A DNA stretch of 64,000 bases from Chthoniobacterales bacterium (GTDB lineage Bacteria > Verrucomicrobiota > Verrucomicrobiia > Chthoniobacterales > DASVRZ01), in contig JBBRNR010000002.1 of assembly GCA_038230215.1 (NCBI GenBank), positions 324,788 to 388,787 on the forward strand, given 5' to 3'. Position 1 is the first letter of the stretch, and each line of letters starts with the position of its first letter. The notes below the pieces were generated by a model. The model saw only the letters and a program-made list of their open reading frames with translations, did not search any database and was not told the DNA's origin. Below, in pieces: positions 48,514 to 57,600 of this stretch. A program made the translations under genes and the position numbers.

Positions 48514-48614
48514 ACCACAGACGAGGAGCGAAAAACCACTCCATGATTTTGATTTAACTTGTGGCTCCTCGTCTTTGATAATTCAAAGAAGGCTAAATTT
48601 GTATGAAATGCCAA

Positions 48615-48641
48615 CAAAAAACGGGAGCGTAACCAACTCCC
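48615..48641 (-). terminator. Intrinsic terminator after the first prepilin-type gene
   Basis: The minus strand reads GGGAG-ttggttacg-CTCCC followed by G-TTTTTT. It starts immediately after the TAG stop at 48642-48644. Confidence 0.6.
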
Positions 48642-49067
48642 CTAAGGAGTTGGGAAAGGAGACCAAAAGCTGGCATCGGCCACTGTCGCAAGATCTGTGT
48701 AGGTCTGAGCCGGAACTTTCGGCAAAAAATCAACCGAGGGAATAATCACATCGTGGTCCAGCGGATCCTTGAAGCTGGTGTTACCGGCCAGAAGCGCATT
48801 GCCCAAGCGGCTACCGGTCTTCACATAGGCACGGATGTCGCCGGCAACAGGAAGCATCCCTGGAGACTTGTTTGTTTCCAATGCATACTGGTCGATGGCC
48901 GAATCGACGGCCTTAAGGTCATTTTTGACGCTCACAGCCTGGGAGCGTTTACGGGCGCGCGTAAAGCTCGGAAGGGCAAGGGCCGCCAGAAGAGCAATAA
49001 TCGCAACAACAATCATAATTTCAACCAGGGTAAAACCTTTTTGATCAGGTGTAATTGATAATTTCAT
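48642..49067 (-). CDS. Prepilin-type N-terminal cleavage/methylation domain protein (type IV pilin / T2SS pseudopilin G-like)
   Basis: QKGFTLVEIMIVVAIIALLAALALPSF is the class III signal and hydrophobic helix. 141 aa. Confidence 0.85.
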   Translation of the reverse strand: MKLSITPDQKGFTLVEIMIVVAIIALLAALALPSFTRARKRSQAVSVKNDLKAVDSAIDQYALETNKSPGMLPVAGDIRAYVKTGSRLGNALLAGNTSFKDPLDHDVIIPSVDFLPKVPAQTYTDLATVADASFWSPFPTP

Positions 49068-49098
49068 GAAAATGTTTTGTTAAGGCCCAAATTAGTTA

Positions 49099-49115
49099 TA
49101 GCACTACGCGTGCCA
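49099..49115 (-). promoter_or_regulatory. Sigma-54 (RpoN) -24/-12 promoter of the first prepilin-type gene
   Basis: The minus strand reads TGGCACGcgtaGTGCTa. It has one mismatch to TGGCACG-N4-TTGCW and correct GG-N10-GC spacing. The -12 GC lies about 34 nt upstream of the ATG at 49067. Confidence 0.7.
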
Positions 49116-49151
49116 CTGCAGGATCAACAATTTGCGTCCATAGAAGGACGA

Positions 49152-49190
49152 AATAAAAAAGCGCCCCTCCCATTTCTGGAAAGGACGCTT
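49152..49190 (-). terminator. Intrinsic terminator after the second prepilin-type gene
   Basis: The minus strand reads AGCGTCC-tttccagaaatgg-GGGGCGCT (7-bp stem with one G-U) followed by TTTTTTATTT. Confidence 0.65.
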
Positions 49191-49214
49191 ATAATTTTAA
49201 TTTATATTAGCTGA

Positions 49215-49634
49215 TCAATTGTAGGGTTCCCAGAAGGAAGCGTTGGCCACGTCAGACAATGCGGTCTGGGTGAGCGCAGGTGCCTTTGGAAGGGTGTCAA
49301 CGGATGGGATGGTGATCGTGTTACCTAGCAAATCGCTAATAGAGGCACTTCCCGCGAGGAGCTTCGTATTAAGAGCTGTGCCCGATTTGGTATACGCAGC
49401 GATCTGAGGACCAGTTGGGAGGGTGCCAGCGGCCTTGTTGTTTTCGATGGCGTATTGATCAACTGCGGCGTCGATCAAACGAAGGTCGTTCTTGATCGTA
49501 GTGGCTTGTGAGCGTTTGCGAGCACGCAGGAAGCTGGGAACAGCTACGGAAGCGAGCAAGGCAATAATCGCAACAACGATCATAATTTCAACGAGGGTAA
49601 AACCCCCACGGTTTTTGTTTAGTTTGTTTAGCAT
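49215..49634 (-). CDS. Prepilin-type N-terminal cleavage/methylation domain protein (paralog)
   Basis: RGGFTLVEIMIVVAIIALLASVAVPSF. It shares the ASFW.P C-terminal motif with the 48642..49067 product. 139 aa. Confidence 0.85.
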   Translation of the reverse strand: MLNKLNKNRGGFTLVEIMIVVAIIALLASVAVPSFLRARKRSQATTIKNDLRLIDAAVDQYAIENNKAAGTLPTGPQIAAYTKSGTALNTKLLAGSASISDLLGNTITIPSVDTLPKAPALTQTALSDVANASFWEPYN

Positions 49635-49698
49635 ATTATTTTTCTATTTTTATTATTTTGGTTTTATTTTGCCGGATTGTCCGACACAAAATATAATT

Positions 49699-49716
49699 AA
49701 GCAGCACTTATGCCAA
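49699..49716 (-). promoter_or_regulatory. Sigma-54 (RpoN) -24/-12 promoter of the second prepilin-type gene
   Basis: The minus strand reads TTGGCATaagtgCTGCTT, with correct GG-N10-GC spacing and two mismatches to consensus. It lies about 65 nt upstream of the ATG at 49634. Confidence 0.65.
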
Positions 49717-49786
49717 CTTTATAGGAATACTCTACGAGCTTCCGCGTTGACTTGGCCCACCCAGAAACACGATTCTTCCGATCAGA

Positions 49787-51601
49787 ATGTCTCCAGCCTC
49801 GCCACGCGTCTTCTATAGGAGAGCTGGTTTATGGGTGTTTCTTCTAACATTGATGATTCGCCTACTGGTTCTGGCAAGGCTCCAGGACGTCTCGTATCTC
49901 TTTGCGAATCAAGGTGATATGCGGTTTTACAGCGAATGGGCTGAACGGGTTCTGGCTGGGAGATGGACTGACCATCACGCTTTTTACGGTTTGCCGGGCT
50001 ATGCTTTTCTGGTGGCGGGAATCTATCAATTATTTTTTAAGAGCGTGCTTTTAATCACCATTTTCCAAGCTTTGGCCGAGGCATCCCTATCATTTCTGAT
50101 ATTCAGTATTGCAAATTTGATTTTCTTAAAGTCGGCAACAAGGCATTTCTCCCCCTTCATAGGTATCCTTGCTGGTGTGGGCTACGCTCTATACCTGCCA
50201 TCGCAGGCGTTTTTCTCCGTATTAATGCCGACTACTCTGTCAGCAGCTGCTTTTTGGCTCATCATTTGGTGGTGCGTGGGCAATCGTGAAAAAAATGCTT
50301 GTATGGAGGCTTGGGCCGTTGGATTGGGCATTGGCTGCATGGCTATGATGGTGGCAACGATCTTTTTTGTCCTGCCGCTTGTAATCATCGCGTTAGTTCA
50401 GAAAAGCACATCGGCCTTAAAGTCCCTCCCCTTGCTCCTAATCGGAGTCGGATTGGGATGTAGCCCGGCGATTCTGCATAATAGATGGATCGCGCACGAT
50501 TCAGTCCTGCTCTCCGCGCACGGCGGCTTGAATTTCTTCATCGGCAATAATCCCCAAGCGGACGGTTATCTGAAAATCCCATCCGGCCTCCGCGCCAACC
50601 AAGCCCAGATGCTCGCCGACTCCATCAACGTCGCAGAGAAAGCGCTCGGTGCCGGTCAAAATATCCCGCGTTCAGCCGTTTCCGCCTATTGGTCGCACCA
50701 AGCCAGCGCCTACATTCGCGAGCAGCCCCTCGCATGGCTGAGACTTCTCGGCCAGAAAATCATCAATTTCTGGAATGCCTATCAATATGACGACCTCAGT
50801 ATCATCCGCGCGTTTTCCGAGGAGGGAATCACCACGCCGGGATTGAACTTTGGCATTATCTCCGCTCTGGGACTGGCAGGGATCTGCGTGGCCCTCGGCA
50901 GCGAGCATGTAAAATCCCGTTGGGTGATAGGCGCCATTTTGCTTCATCTCGCGTCGTTGCTCACCGTCTTCATCACCGAGCGCTATCGTCTCGCAGCCGT
51001 CCCGGGTCTCTTCATCATGGCCGCCTACTTTGTCGTGCAGCTCTGGGAAAACGCGGCGAGTGCGCAGTGGAAATGCGTCGGATTGCAATCAGCCACACTG
51101 ATAGCTTGGACCATTTTCGTAACCCTCCCCGTGCCCAACCAAGGCGTGTGGGCCTTGGACACTTATAATAGTGGCATCCGTTATCTCGCCAAAAAAGACT
51201 GGTCCAAAGCCGGTGAGCAACTGCAAATGGCTTGGCGTTACGCTCCGGAGAATGACTATACCAACCTCGCTGTGGGTAATTGGTATCTCCTGCAAAACGA
51301 TCTCTCCCGAGCCGTTTTGTTTTTCCAGCGCTCCATCCGATTGAATCCCGAGAACACCGCCGCGCTGAATAACATGGGCTACATTGCACTCAGCCAAAAC
51401 TCTCCTGCCGCCGCAGTTCCATATTTTTTACAGTCACTTCAGTTTGACCCAAATAACATCCATGCCACCTATCAACTGGCCACCGCTTACTGGAAAAACC
51501 AGGACCCGGCACAAGCCCTCCAGACCTTGGATCGAGCCTTGATTCTGCACCCGAACCAAGAGCAGCTTCTTGATCTCAGAAATAAAATTCGCACTCCATG
51601 A
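49787..51601 (+). CDS. PMT/ArnT-like GT-C membrane glycosyltransferase-like protein with C-terminal TPR domain
   Basis: About 11 TM segments followed by TPR units (NLAVGNWYLL.., AALNNMGYIAL.., ATYQLATAYW). Confidence 0.7.
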   Translation: MSPASPRVFYRRAGLWVFLLTLMIRLLVLARLQDVSYLFANQGDMRFYSEWAERVLAGRWTDHHAFYGLPGYAFLVAGIYQLFFKSVLLITIFQALAEASLSFLIFSIANLIFLKSATRHFSPFIGILAGVGYALYLPSQAFFSVLMPTTLSAAAFWLIIWWCVGNREKNACMEAWAVGLGIGCMAMMVATIFFVLPLVIIALVQKSTSALKSLPLLLIGVGLGCSPAILHNRWIAHDSVLLSAHGGLNFFIGNNPQADGYLKIPSGLRANQAQMLADSINVAEKALGAGQNIPRSAVSAYWSHQASAYIREQPLAWLRLLGQKIINFWNAYQYDDLSIIRAFSEEGITTPGLNFGIISALGLAGICVALGSEHVKSRWVIGAILLHLASLLTVFITERYRLAAVPGLFIMAAYFVVQLWENAASAQWKCVGLQSATLIAWTIFVTLPVPNQGVWALDTYNSGIRYLAKKDWSKAGEQLQMAWRYAPENDYTNLAVGNWYLLQNDLSRAVLFFQRSIRLNPENTAALNNMGYIALSQNSPAAAVPYFLQSLQFDPNNIHATYQLATAYWKNQDPAQALQTLDRALILHPNQEQLLDLRNKIRTP

Positions 51602-52803
51602 CCACTGAAAAGCCCTCCCTCATCTGGATGCTGATACTGGCCTTGTTAGTCAGCGTCGGAATTTATCTACGAATCCATTCCTTTGAAAAACAGGAGGGCG
51701 TCGGATTCGACGAAAACATCTATCGCCAATACGTCGAGCAGATCGGTAGCCAGGGCTGGACGCATTACCCGGATATCATCGAAATGTATATCGCGGACCA
51801 GAAGCGGGCACCAATCGCCTTTCTGCCACCAACGCGAGTTTCATTCTTATTGGCGGCGACCGCATGGCACGCAATCGGCAGAGCCTCATCCGTGGAATCC
51901 GTGCGCGCCATTTCCACGGCATCCAGCATTCTGCTTCTATTCGGATCTGCCGTTTTCGCGTGGCGGCTGGGCGGCAGACGACTCGCCCTGGTGGTTGTCA
52001 CCCTGATGACTTTCGCACCGCTCCAGCTTTACATGGCGCATCGGGCCTTGATCGACGGTTTCTTTGCGACAGTTACCTTTTTCGTCATTTGGTCTCTTTG
52101 GGAAACGCTGCAAAATATTAGAAGCAAAGCCTGGCTCACAGGCTACGGATGCTTCCTAGCCATCCTAGTTCTAACGAAAGAAAACGCCGCCTTTGTCTAT
52201 CTCGCCATCCTCGCGATCCTGGCCTCTAATCATTGGCTGAAACTAGGAACCGTCACCAAACCCTTGCTGGTGGCGACCTTTCTCGGACCTTTGCTGGGAG
52301 CCGGATTGCTAACCTTGGCAGCCGGTGGCGTGGAATCCCTTTTCACCGCCTATCTCCTGAATGTCCGCATGTCCTACGTCCTGCCTTACGCCATCGCCAC
52401 CGGAGACGGACCATGGTTTCGTTATCTGTCGGATCTGGTTCTAACCATGCCGATCATTATTCTCCTAGCTATAGGCGGAATGTTCAAAGCCAGGAATAAA
52501 GCCTCGTGTTTTTTTACGGGCTTCATTTTCATCAGCTATCTCATCATGGGAAATCTACGTTACGGAATGAATCTCCGCTACGCCCTGATCTGGGATTTCC
52601 CGCTTTGCTACCTGGCGGCGATTCCATTGCTGGCCATTGCCAGTTCATTAAAAAAACTCCGCGCACAAAGAGCGGCTCTTAGCGTCATGCTTCTGGTCAT
52701 TGTCTATCTTCAGATGGCCAATTACGAAAACATCTTCATCAAAAATCCCGTGTATGACCCTGTTCCCATGCCATTGATGCAGGCGCTCAAAATGATCAAA
52801 TGA
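51598..52803 (+). CDS. PMT/ArnT-like GT-C membrane glycosyltransferase-like protein
   Basis: FDENIY acidic loop-1 motif after TM1 and about 11 TM segments. 4-nt overlap with the upstream gene. Confidence 0.7.
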   Translation: MTTEKPSLIWMLILALLVSVGIYLRIHSFEKQEGVGFDENIYRQYVEQIGSQGWTHYPDIIEMYIADQKRAPIAFLPPTRVSFLLAATAWHAIGRASSVESVRAISTASSILLLFGSAVFAWRLGGRRLALVVVTLMTFAPLQLYMAHRALIDGFFATVTFFVIWSLWETLQNIRSKAWLTGYGCFLAILVLTKENAAFVYLAILAILASNHWLKLGTVTKPLLVATFLGPLLGAGLLTLAAGGVESLFTAYLLNVRMSYVLPYAIATGDGPWFRYLSDLVLTMPIIILLAIGGMFKARNKASCFFTGFIFISYLIMGNLRYGMNLRYALIWDFPLCYLAAIPLLAIASSLKKLRAQRAALSVMLLVIVYLQMANYENIFIKNPVYDPVPMPLMQALKMIK

Positions 52804-53207
52804 CCCTGGCGGACAAGCAAACCCAACTCGTCCAGCGTTACTCACTCATCGAGGACCGGCACGAGCGGCTCAACGCCATCATTGGGTTCAAACTCGCCGA
52901 CCGCCAGCTAACCTCCGAGGAGCGCCATGAAAAATGGCTGGTCCGCGGTTGCTCCTCGCAAGTCTGGCTGCGAGTGCTGGTCGCTGACAGCCGATTGGAA
53001 GTCAAATATGCCGCCGACTCCGTCATGATCAGGGGACTCGTCGCCTTGTTAGTCGAGCTATATCACGGAGCCACAACGGCAGACGTCCGGGACTTTCATC
53101 CCACATTGCGAGCAACGCTCGGACTCGATAAAATCCTCAGCCCCACGCGTCTGCATGGGCTGGATCAAGTCATCCGCGCATTCCGCGAAGCCAGCCATGT
53201 GGATTGA
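52800..53207 (+). CDS. sufE: SufE-family sulfur acceptor protein
   Basis: VRGCSSQVWL active-site Cys context and LSPTRLHGL near the C-terminus. 135 aa. Confidence 0.8.
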   Translation: MTLADKQTQLVQRYSLIEDRHERLNAIIGFKLADRQLTSEERHEKWLVRGCSSQVWLRVLVADSRLEVKYAADSVMIRGLVALLVELYHGATTADVRDFHPTLRATLGLDKILSPTRLHGLDQVIRAFREASHVD

Positions 53208-53967
53208 CGCGCACAATCATCTGCAAGACCCGCAGCTTGCAGAAACCCTCTCACTCCTAACCTCGATGGAAGCCGCGGTGGTCAACGGCACCACGGAGGC
53301 GGACTGGCCGCAGGTGCGGGACTTGGCCTGCCAATATCCCTGGATTCGACCCGCATACGGATTGCACCCGTGGTTTCTGACGGAACGCACTTCTGGCTGG
53401 AAGAAAAACCTGGAGCCTTTTCTAACATCGCCGCAGTCGAGCATCGGAGAGATCGGCCTGGATTTCTGGATAAAAAATCCGGATCGCGTCGCGCAGGAGG
53501 AAATTTTCCGCTGGCAGCTAGCTTTGGCCGCAGAGAAAAACATTCCCGCCACCATTCATTGCCTGAAAGCCTTCGGACTGCTCATGGAAGTTCTCCGCAC
53601 CACGCCCCTGCCCGCTCGTGGGTTTTTATTGCACGCCTATTCGGGTTCCTTGGAAATCGCCCGCGAATGCCTCGCGTTGGGCGCTTATTTTTCTTTCTCC
53701 GGCCATTTCCTGCACGAGCGAAAGATGGCTCGGCGCGACGTCTTTCGCCAGTTGCCGCTGGAGTGTTTGTTAGTAGAGACCGACGCGCCGAGCATGAATC
53801 TTCCCATGCCTCTGGAAAAAGCCACACTCGAGTCAGGGGCAAATCACCCTGCTAACATCGTCGCATGTTACGAGCAGCTTGCGCTGATTCGCGAAATGGA
53901 AGTCGCCGAACTGGTGCTCGCAATGCGAAATAATTTCCATCGTCTCTTCGGCAGCAGCAACATTTGA
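53197..53967 (+). CDS. tatD: TatD-family metal-dependent hydrolase
   Basis: MWIDAHNHLQ, IGEIGLD, IHC, HAYSGS and ETDAP motifs. The start is the Met at 53197 within tracked ORF 53155..53967. Confidence 0.88.
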   Translation: MWIDAHNHLQDPQLAETLSLLTSMEAAVVNGTTEADWPQVRDLACQYPWIRPAYGLHPWFLTERTSGWKKNLEPFLTSPQSSIGEIGLDFWIKNPDRVAQEEIFRWQLALAAEKNIPATIHCLKAFGLLMEVLRTTPLPARGFLLHAYSGSLEIARECLALGAYFSFSGHFLHERKMARRDVFRQLPLECLLVETDAPSMNLPMPLEKATLESGANHPANIVACYEQLALIREMEVAELVLAMRNNFHRLFGSSNI

Positions 53968-53985
53968 TCCCGCAAAACTAACATC

Positions 53986-54002
53986 GACACGGGGGCCGTG
54001 TC
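53986..54002 (+). terminator. Hairpin after tatD (possible terminator)
   Basis: gacacgg-ggg-ccgtgtc is a 7-bp stem followed by tatttacc (weak T-tract). Confidence 0.4.
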
Positions 54003-54271
54003 TATTTACCAACCCGGCAGGCTGCGGAGATGCCTCGTCGCGAAAGCCAGACTTGGAGTTCTATCAACTGATCAGACATTTGCTGATCCTGGCACCTTCG
54101 TCATCAATCCGCCTGGCACGCGCCATCGTGTGACGAGTGAGTCGGGTTGCATCGTCTTGGCGATGCACGAGTAGCCGGTTGCTTTTTGTAAACACGGATC
54201 GCACGAATTTTCGGTTTGCGCTTTTTCGGAATGGGCAGTATTGATTTGCCCTGCTTCGCAAGAGGCAAAAC

Positions 54272-54345
54272 GGTGGCTGTAGCTCAATGGTTAGAGTCCC
54301 AGATTGTGATTCTGGTTGTTGCGGGTTCGAATCCCGTCAGTCACC
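54272..54345 (+). tRNA. tRNA-His (anticodon GTG) with encoded G-1
   Basis: Acceptor GTGGCTG/CAGTCAC (one G-T pair), D-arm GCTCAATGGTTAGAGT, anticodon arm CCAGA-TTGTGAT-TCTGG and T-arm GCGGGTTCGAATCCCGT. An extra 5' G pairs with discriminator C. CCA is not encoded. Confidence 0.93.
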
Positions 54346-54635
54346 CTTTTCAATTTCTTGTCAAAGACGTCTTTTCTGAACTCTTCGATGGCCTCTCGAA
54401 CCGACAATTTGGTTCAAACACGCTGACGCCGATCTCCTCGCAAAAAAAGCCGATCAGGAAGGATGAAATCATTGTCTCCTCAAGCTCGCGCAGCGCTGCC
54501 GCGAAAGCCTGCTAAATAAATTTCCTTTGAAGTTCTTTTATCGATTGTGTTTGGGCGCGATAATCTGCCATCATCCCCCGGTTCAATTTCGTCCACAGAC
54601 GGAATCTAACTTCCACCCTTCCCGTTACCTGCCTT

Positions 54636-57600
54636 ATGAATACCGTTCCGCGTTCCTTTACTGTCGCTGGGTTTCGCACCCAATCCTTCTTATCCCCGAC
54701 GCTGGCGCTCCTTTGTACGGGGCTTTCTGCATTTGCCGCCAACCCCGATCCGTCATCCACATCCACCGTCGGTCAGGCCGTTCACAACCCGGTAACTAAT
54801 ACCGACACGACAGTGCAGGAACTTCTCGTTGACCCGGCGGGAACGCCAACCGCTGGGAACACGGCATTTGTCAGGACCGCCGACGGCTATGCATTTCTGG
54901 TGAAAAATGTGGGCGAAAAGATCTACAATAGCGACACGCCGCCGATCGGATTCACCGTCACGGCCAAAAATACAGGCACCAAGGTCGCCACTTTGGATCC
55001 AGACCCGGTGGGCGGACCTACCGCGGATTTCACCTATCAGGAGCCGTACGTAGATCTGCAAAGCCAGTTTAATTCGACTCCTGCCCCCTCCGCCCCAGGT
55101 TCCTCCGACGTGGTCTCCGGGGCCACTGGCGTTCGCAATGTGCAGACGGGTGCTGGTGGATCGAATGGACGCCCTGGGGCGTTGGTCGTCCCTCCGACAT
55201 CGGGCGGCAACGGTGCCGCAGGGCCAGCCGCGACCGTGAATAATGCGACCACTATTTCCACCACCAATCAGATTGGCATCGAGGCGGGCAGCATTGGCGG
55301 AAATGGAGGCAAGGGTGGTAATTCTTATTTTTCGGTTTTTAGTGGTCGCGACGGCGGTAATGGCGGTGCGGGTGGGCCAGTCGATGTCACGAATCAGACC
55401 GGAGTCCAAGTGGCGACGACGGGCGACGACGCCATCGGCATTTATGCCTATAGCCGCAGCGGCACGGCAGGAAATGGCGGCAGCGGCTTTGCGGCTCCGG
55501 GTGGAGGCACAGGCGGCCACTCGGCTGATGGCGGCAGCGTAAACGTAAACAATCTGGGTAATATCATTACCACAGGCACAAGCGCCTATGGCATTTACGG
55601 CCTGAGTGTGAGTAATAATGGTGGCAACGGTGGCTCCCAATGGGGTCTCGTCGGCGAGAGCGGAAGCGGCGGATTTGGCGGTAGCGGCGGTTCTGTTACC
55701 CTTACCAACGGCACAACGGGAACGATCAGCACCATCGGCAATTTCGCCCATGGCATCTATGCCCAGAGCATCGGCGGCAGCGGTGGTTCATCCGGCACCT
55801 CGGGAAATCTAATTCTTTCCCTGCAAGGTTCCTCGGATAATGGAGGGAACGGCGGAGCGGTTTCGGTCACAAACAATGGCATCATCGATACCGGTGGCGA
55901 TGATGCGCGAGGCATCTTTGCGCAATCGATCGGTGGCGGTGGCGGCTCCGGTGGAAGCTCGGGTGGCCTCATCGCGCTTGGCGGTTCCGGCTCCAATGGC
56001 GGAAGTGCAGGCACGGTCAATGTGATCAACAGTGCCACGGGTGCCATCAAGACGAAAGGCACGCGTTCAGATGCGATTTTTGCCCAGTCGGTGGGCGGCA
56101 GTGGTGGTAGCGGCTCCGATGCGGGCGGTCTGGTAGCCATCGGCGGCAGCGGCAGCAAAGCGGGCGACGGGCGCGATGTGAGCGTGGAAAACTACGGATC
56201 CCTTTCGACGGAAAAAGACACCGCTCGCGGCATCGTGGCACAGAGCATCGGTGGCGGTGGCGGTGACGGTGGATCCTCGGGAGGCATGGTCTCCGTGGGT
56301 GGCAGCGGTGATGGCGGCGGCACCAGCGGAATTGTCACTGTGAAAAATGGCGGCGACATTAAAACGCTTGGCAACGAAGCACGCGGCATCCTCGCGCAAT
56401 CCGTCGGCGGCGGCGGCGGCAATGGCGGCAGCTCGGGTTCCATCGGCTTGTTCGCAGGCGTGGCCATCGGAGGCAAAGGCGGTGCGGGCGGCGCTGGTGG
56501 CAACGTCGCGTTAACTCTACAAGGAATCGACAGCAACACGGCCTCGGTCATTCATACCGAAGGCGACCGCGCTGGTGGGCTTCTGGGACAATCAGTCGGT
56601 GGTGGTGGCGGAAATGGCGGCGGCGCGGTTCAGGTTTCCGTTGGATTTGGCGGTGCTGCATCCTTCGCCATCGGCGGACAAGGTGGCAATGGCGGACAAG
56701 GCGGTGTCGTTTCCCTCGGCAACGGTGGAGGGTTAAGCATTATTGAAACGGGCGGAAGTGATTCCACCGCAGCCTTTTTACAGAGTGTCGGCGGTGGTGG
56801 TGGCAATGGCGGATATGCAGTCGCAGTTGCGGTCTCGGGAGGCCCTGTTTCTGGCTCCCTTAGTTTAGCCATCGGTGGTAAAGGCGCGATGGGCGGTATT
56901 GGCGGTAATATTAATGCCGGGACATTCAACGGCGACGGGACTTTGGCCGGGACCGGATTCGACGGCAGCATCCTGACGACCGGAGATCGTTCTGCTGGGT
57001 TCATCGCCCAGTCGGTCGGCGGCGGTGGGGGTAATGGCGGGCTGGCGGTTTCCGGCGCAGGCGGCGGCTCACTTTTCTTTAGCGGTTCCATCGCGATCGG
57101 CCTCGGCGGCGCAGGCGCAGGCGGCGGCCAAGGCGGCGACGTTCTGCTCGGAATCAACGGCAACATCGAAACCCAGAAAGCCTCCAGCACCGCACTTCTC
57201 GCGCAATCAGTCGGCGGTGGCGGTGGTAACGGCGGCGGCTCTGTGGCCGGTTCCATCGCGGCTTCAGCTGGCGGCGCCGCCAGCGTTTCTGTCGGTATTG
57301 GCGGCAATGCCGGAACTGGTAGCAAAGGCGGAACCGTGCGACTTGGCACACAGTCGGGTACCATTAAAACCGGCGGCCAAAGTTCCGCTGGCATCGTTGC
57401 GCAATCGGTCGGTGGCGGCGGCGGTAACGGTGGCTTTAATGTCTCGGCCGGAGGATCCGGTGCGGGAGGTTTGGCCGCAGCTATTAATGTCGGATTGGGT
57501 GGCAACGGCGGCGGTGGCGGAGATGGCGGTCTCGTTACAGCGGACTTGCATTCCAATGTGACGACCACCGGTGAGAACTCTGGAGCTGTCCTCGTGCAAT

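Noticed and set aside
54064-54515. Small ORFs 54064..54261 (-), 54072..54287 (-) and 54216..54515 (+)
   Set aside because: They overlap or flank the tRNA-His gene and its upstream spacer and have no coding features.
54540-54565. TTGGGCGCGATAATCTGCCA upstream of the giant gene as a sigma-54 promoter
   Set aside because: The GG to GC spacing is 11 rather than 10. Sigma-54 promoters are strict on spacing.
54753-55751. 332-aa minus-strand ORF
   Set aside because: It is antisense to the N-terminal region of the giant gene, has low-complexity Ala/Arg/Gly composition, and has no start context. It is a shadow ORF.
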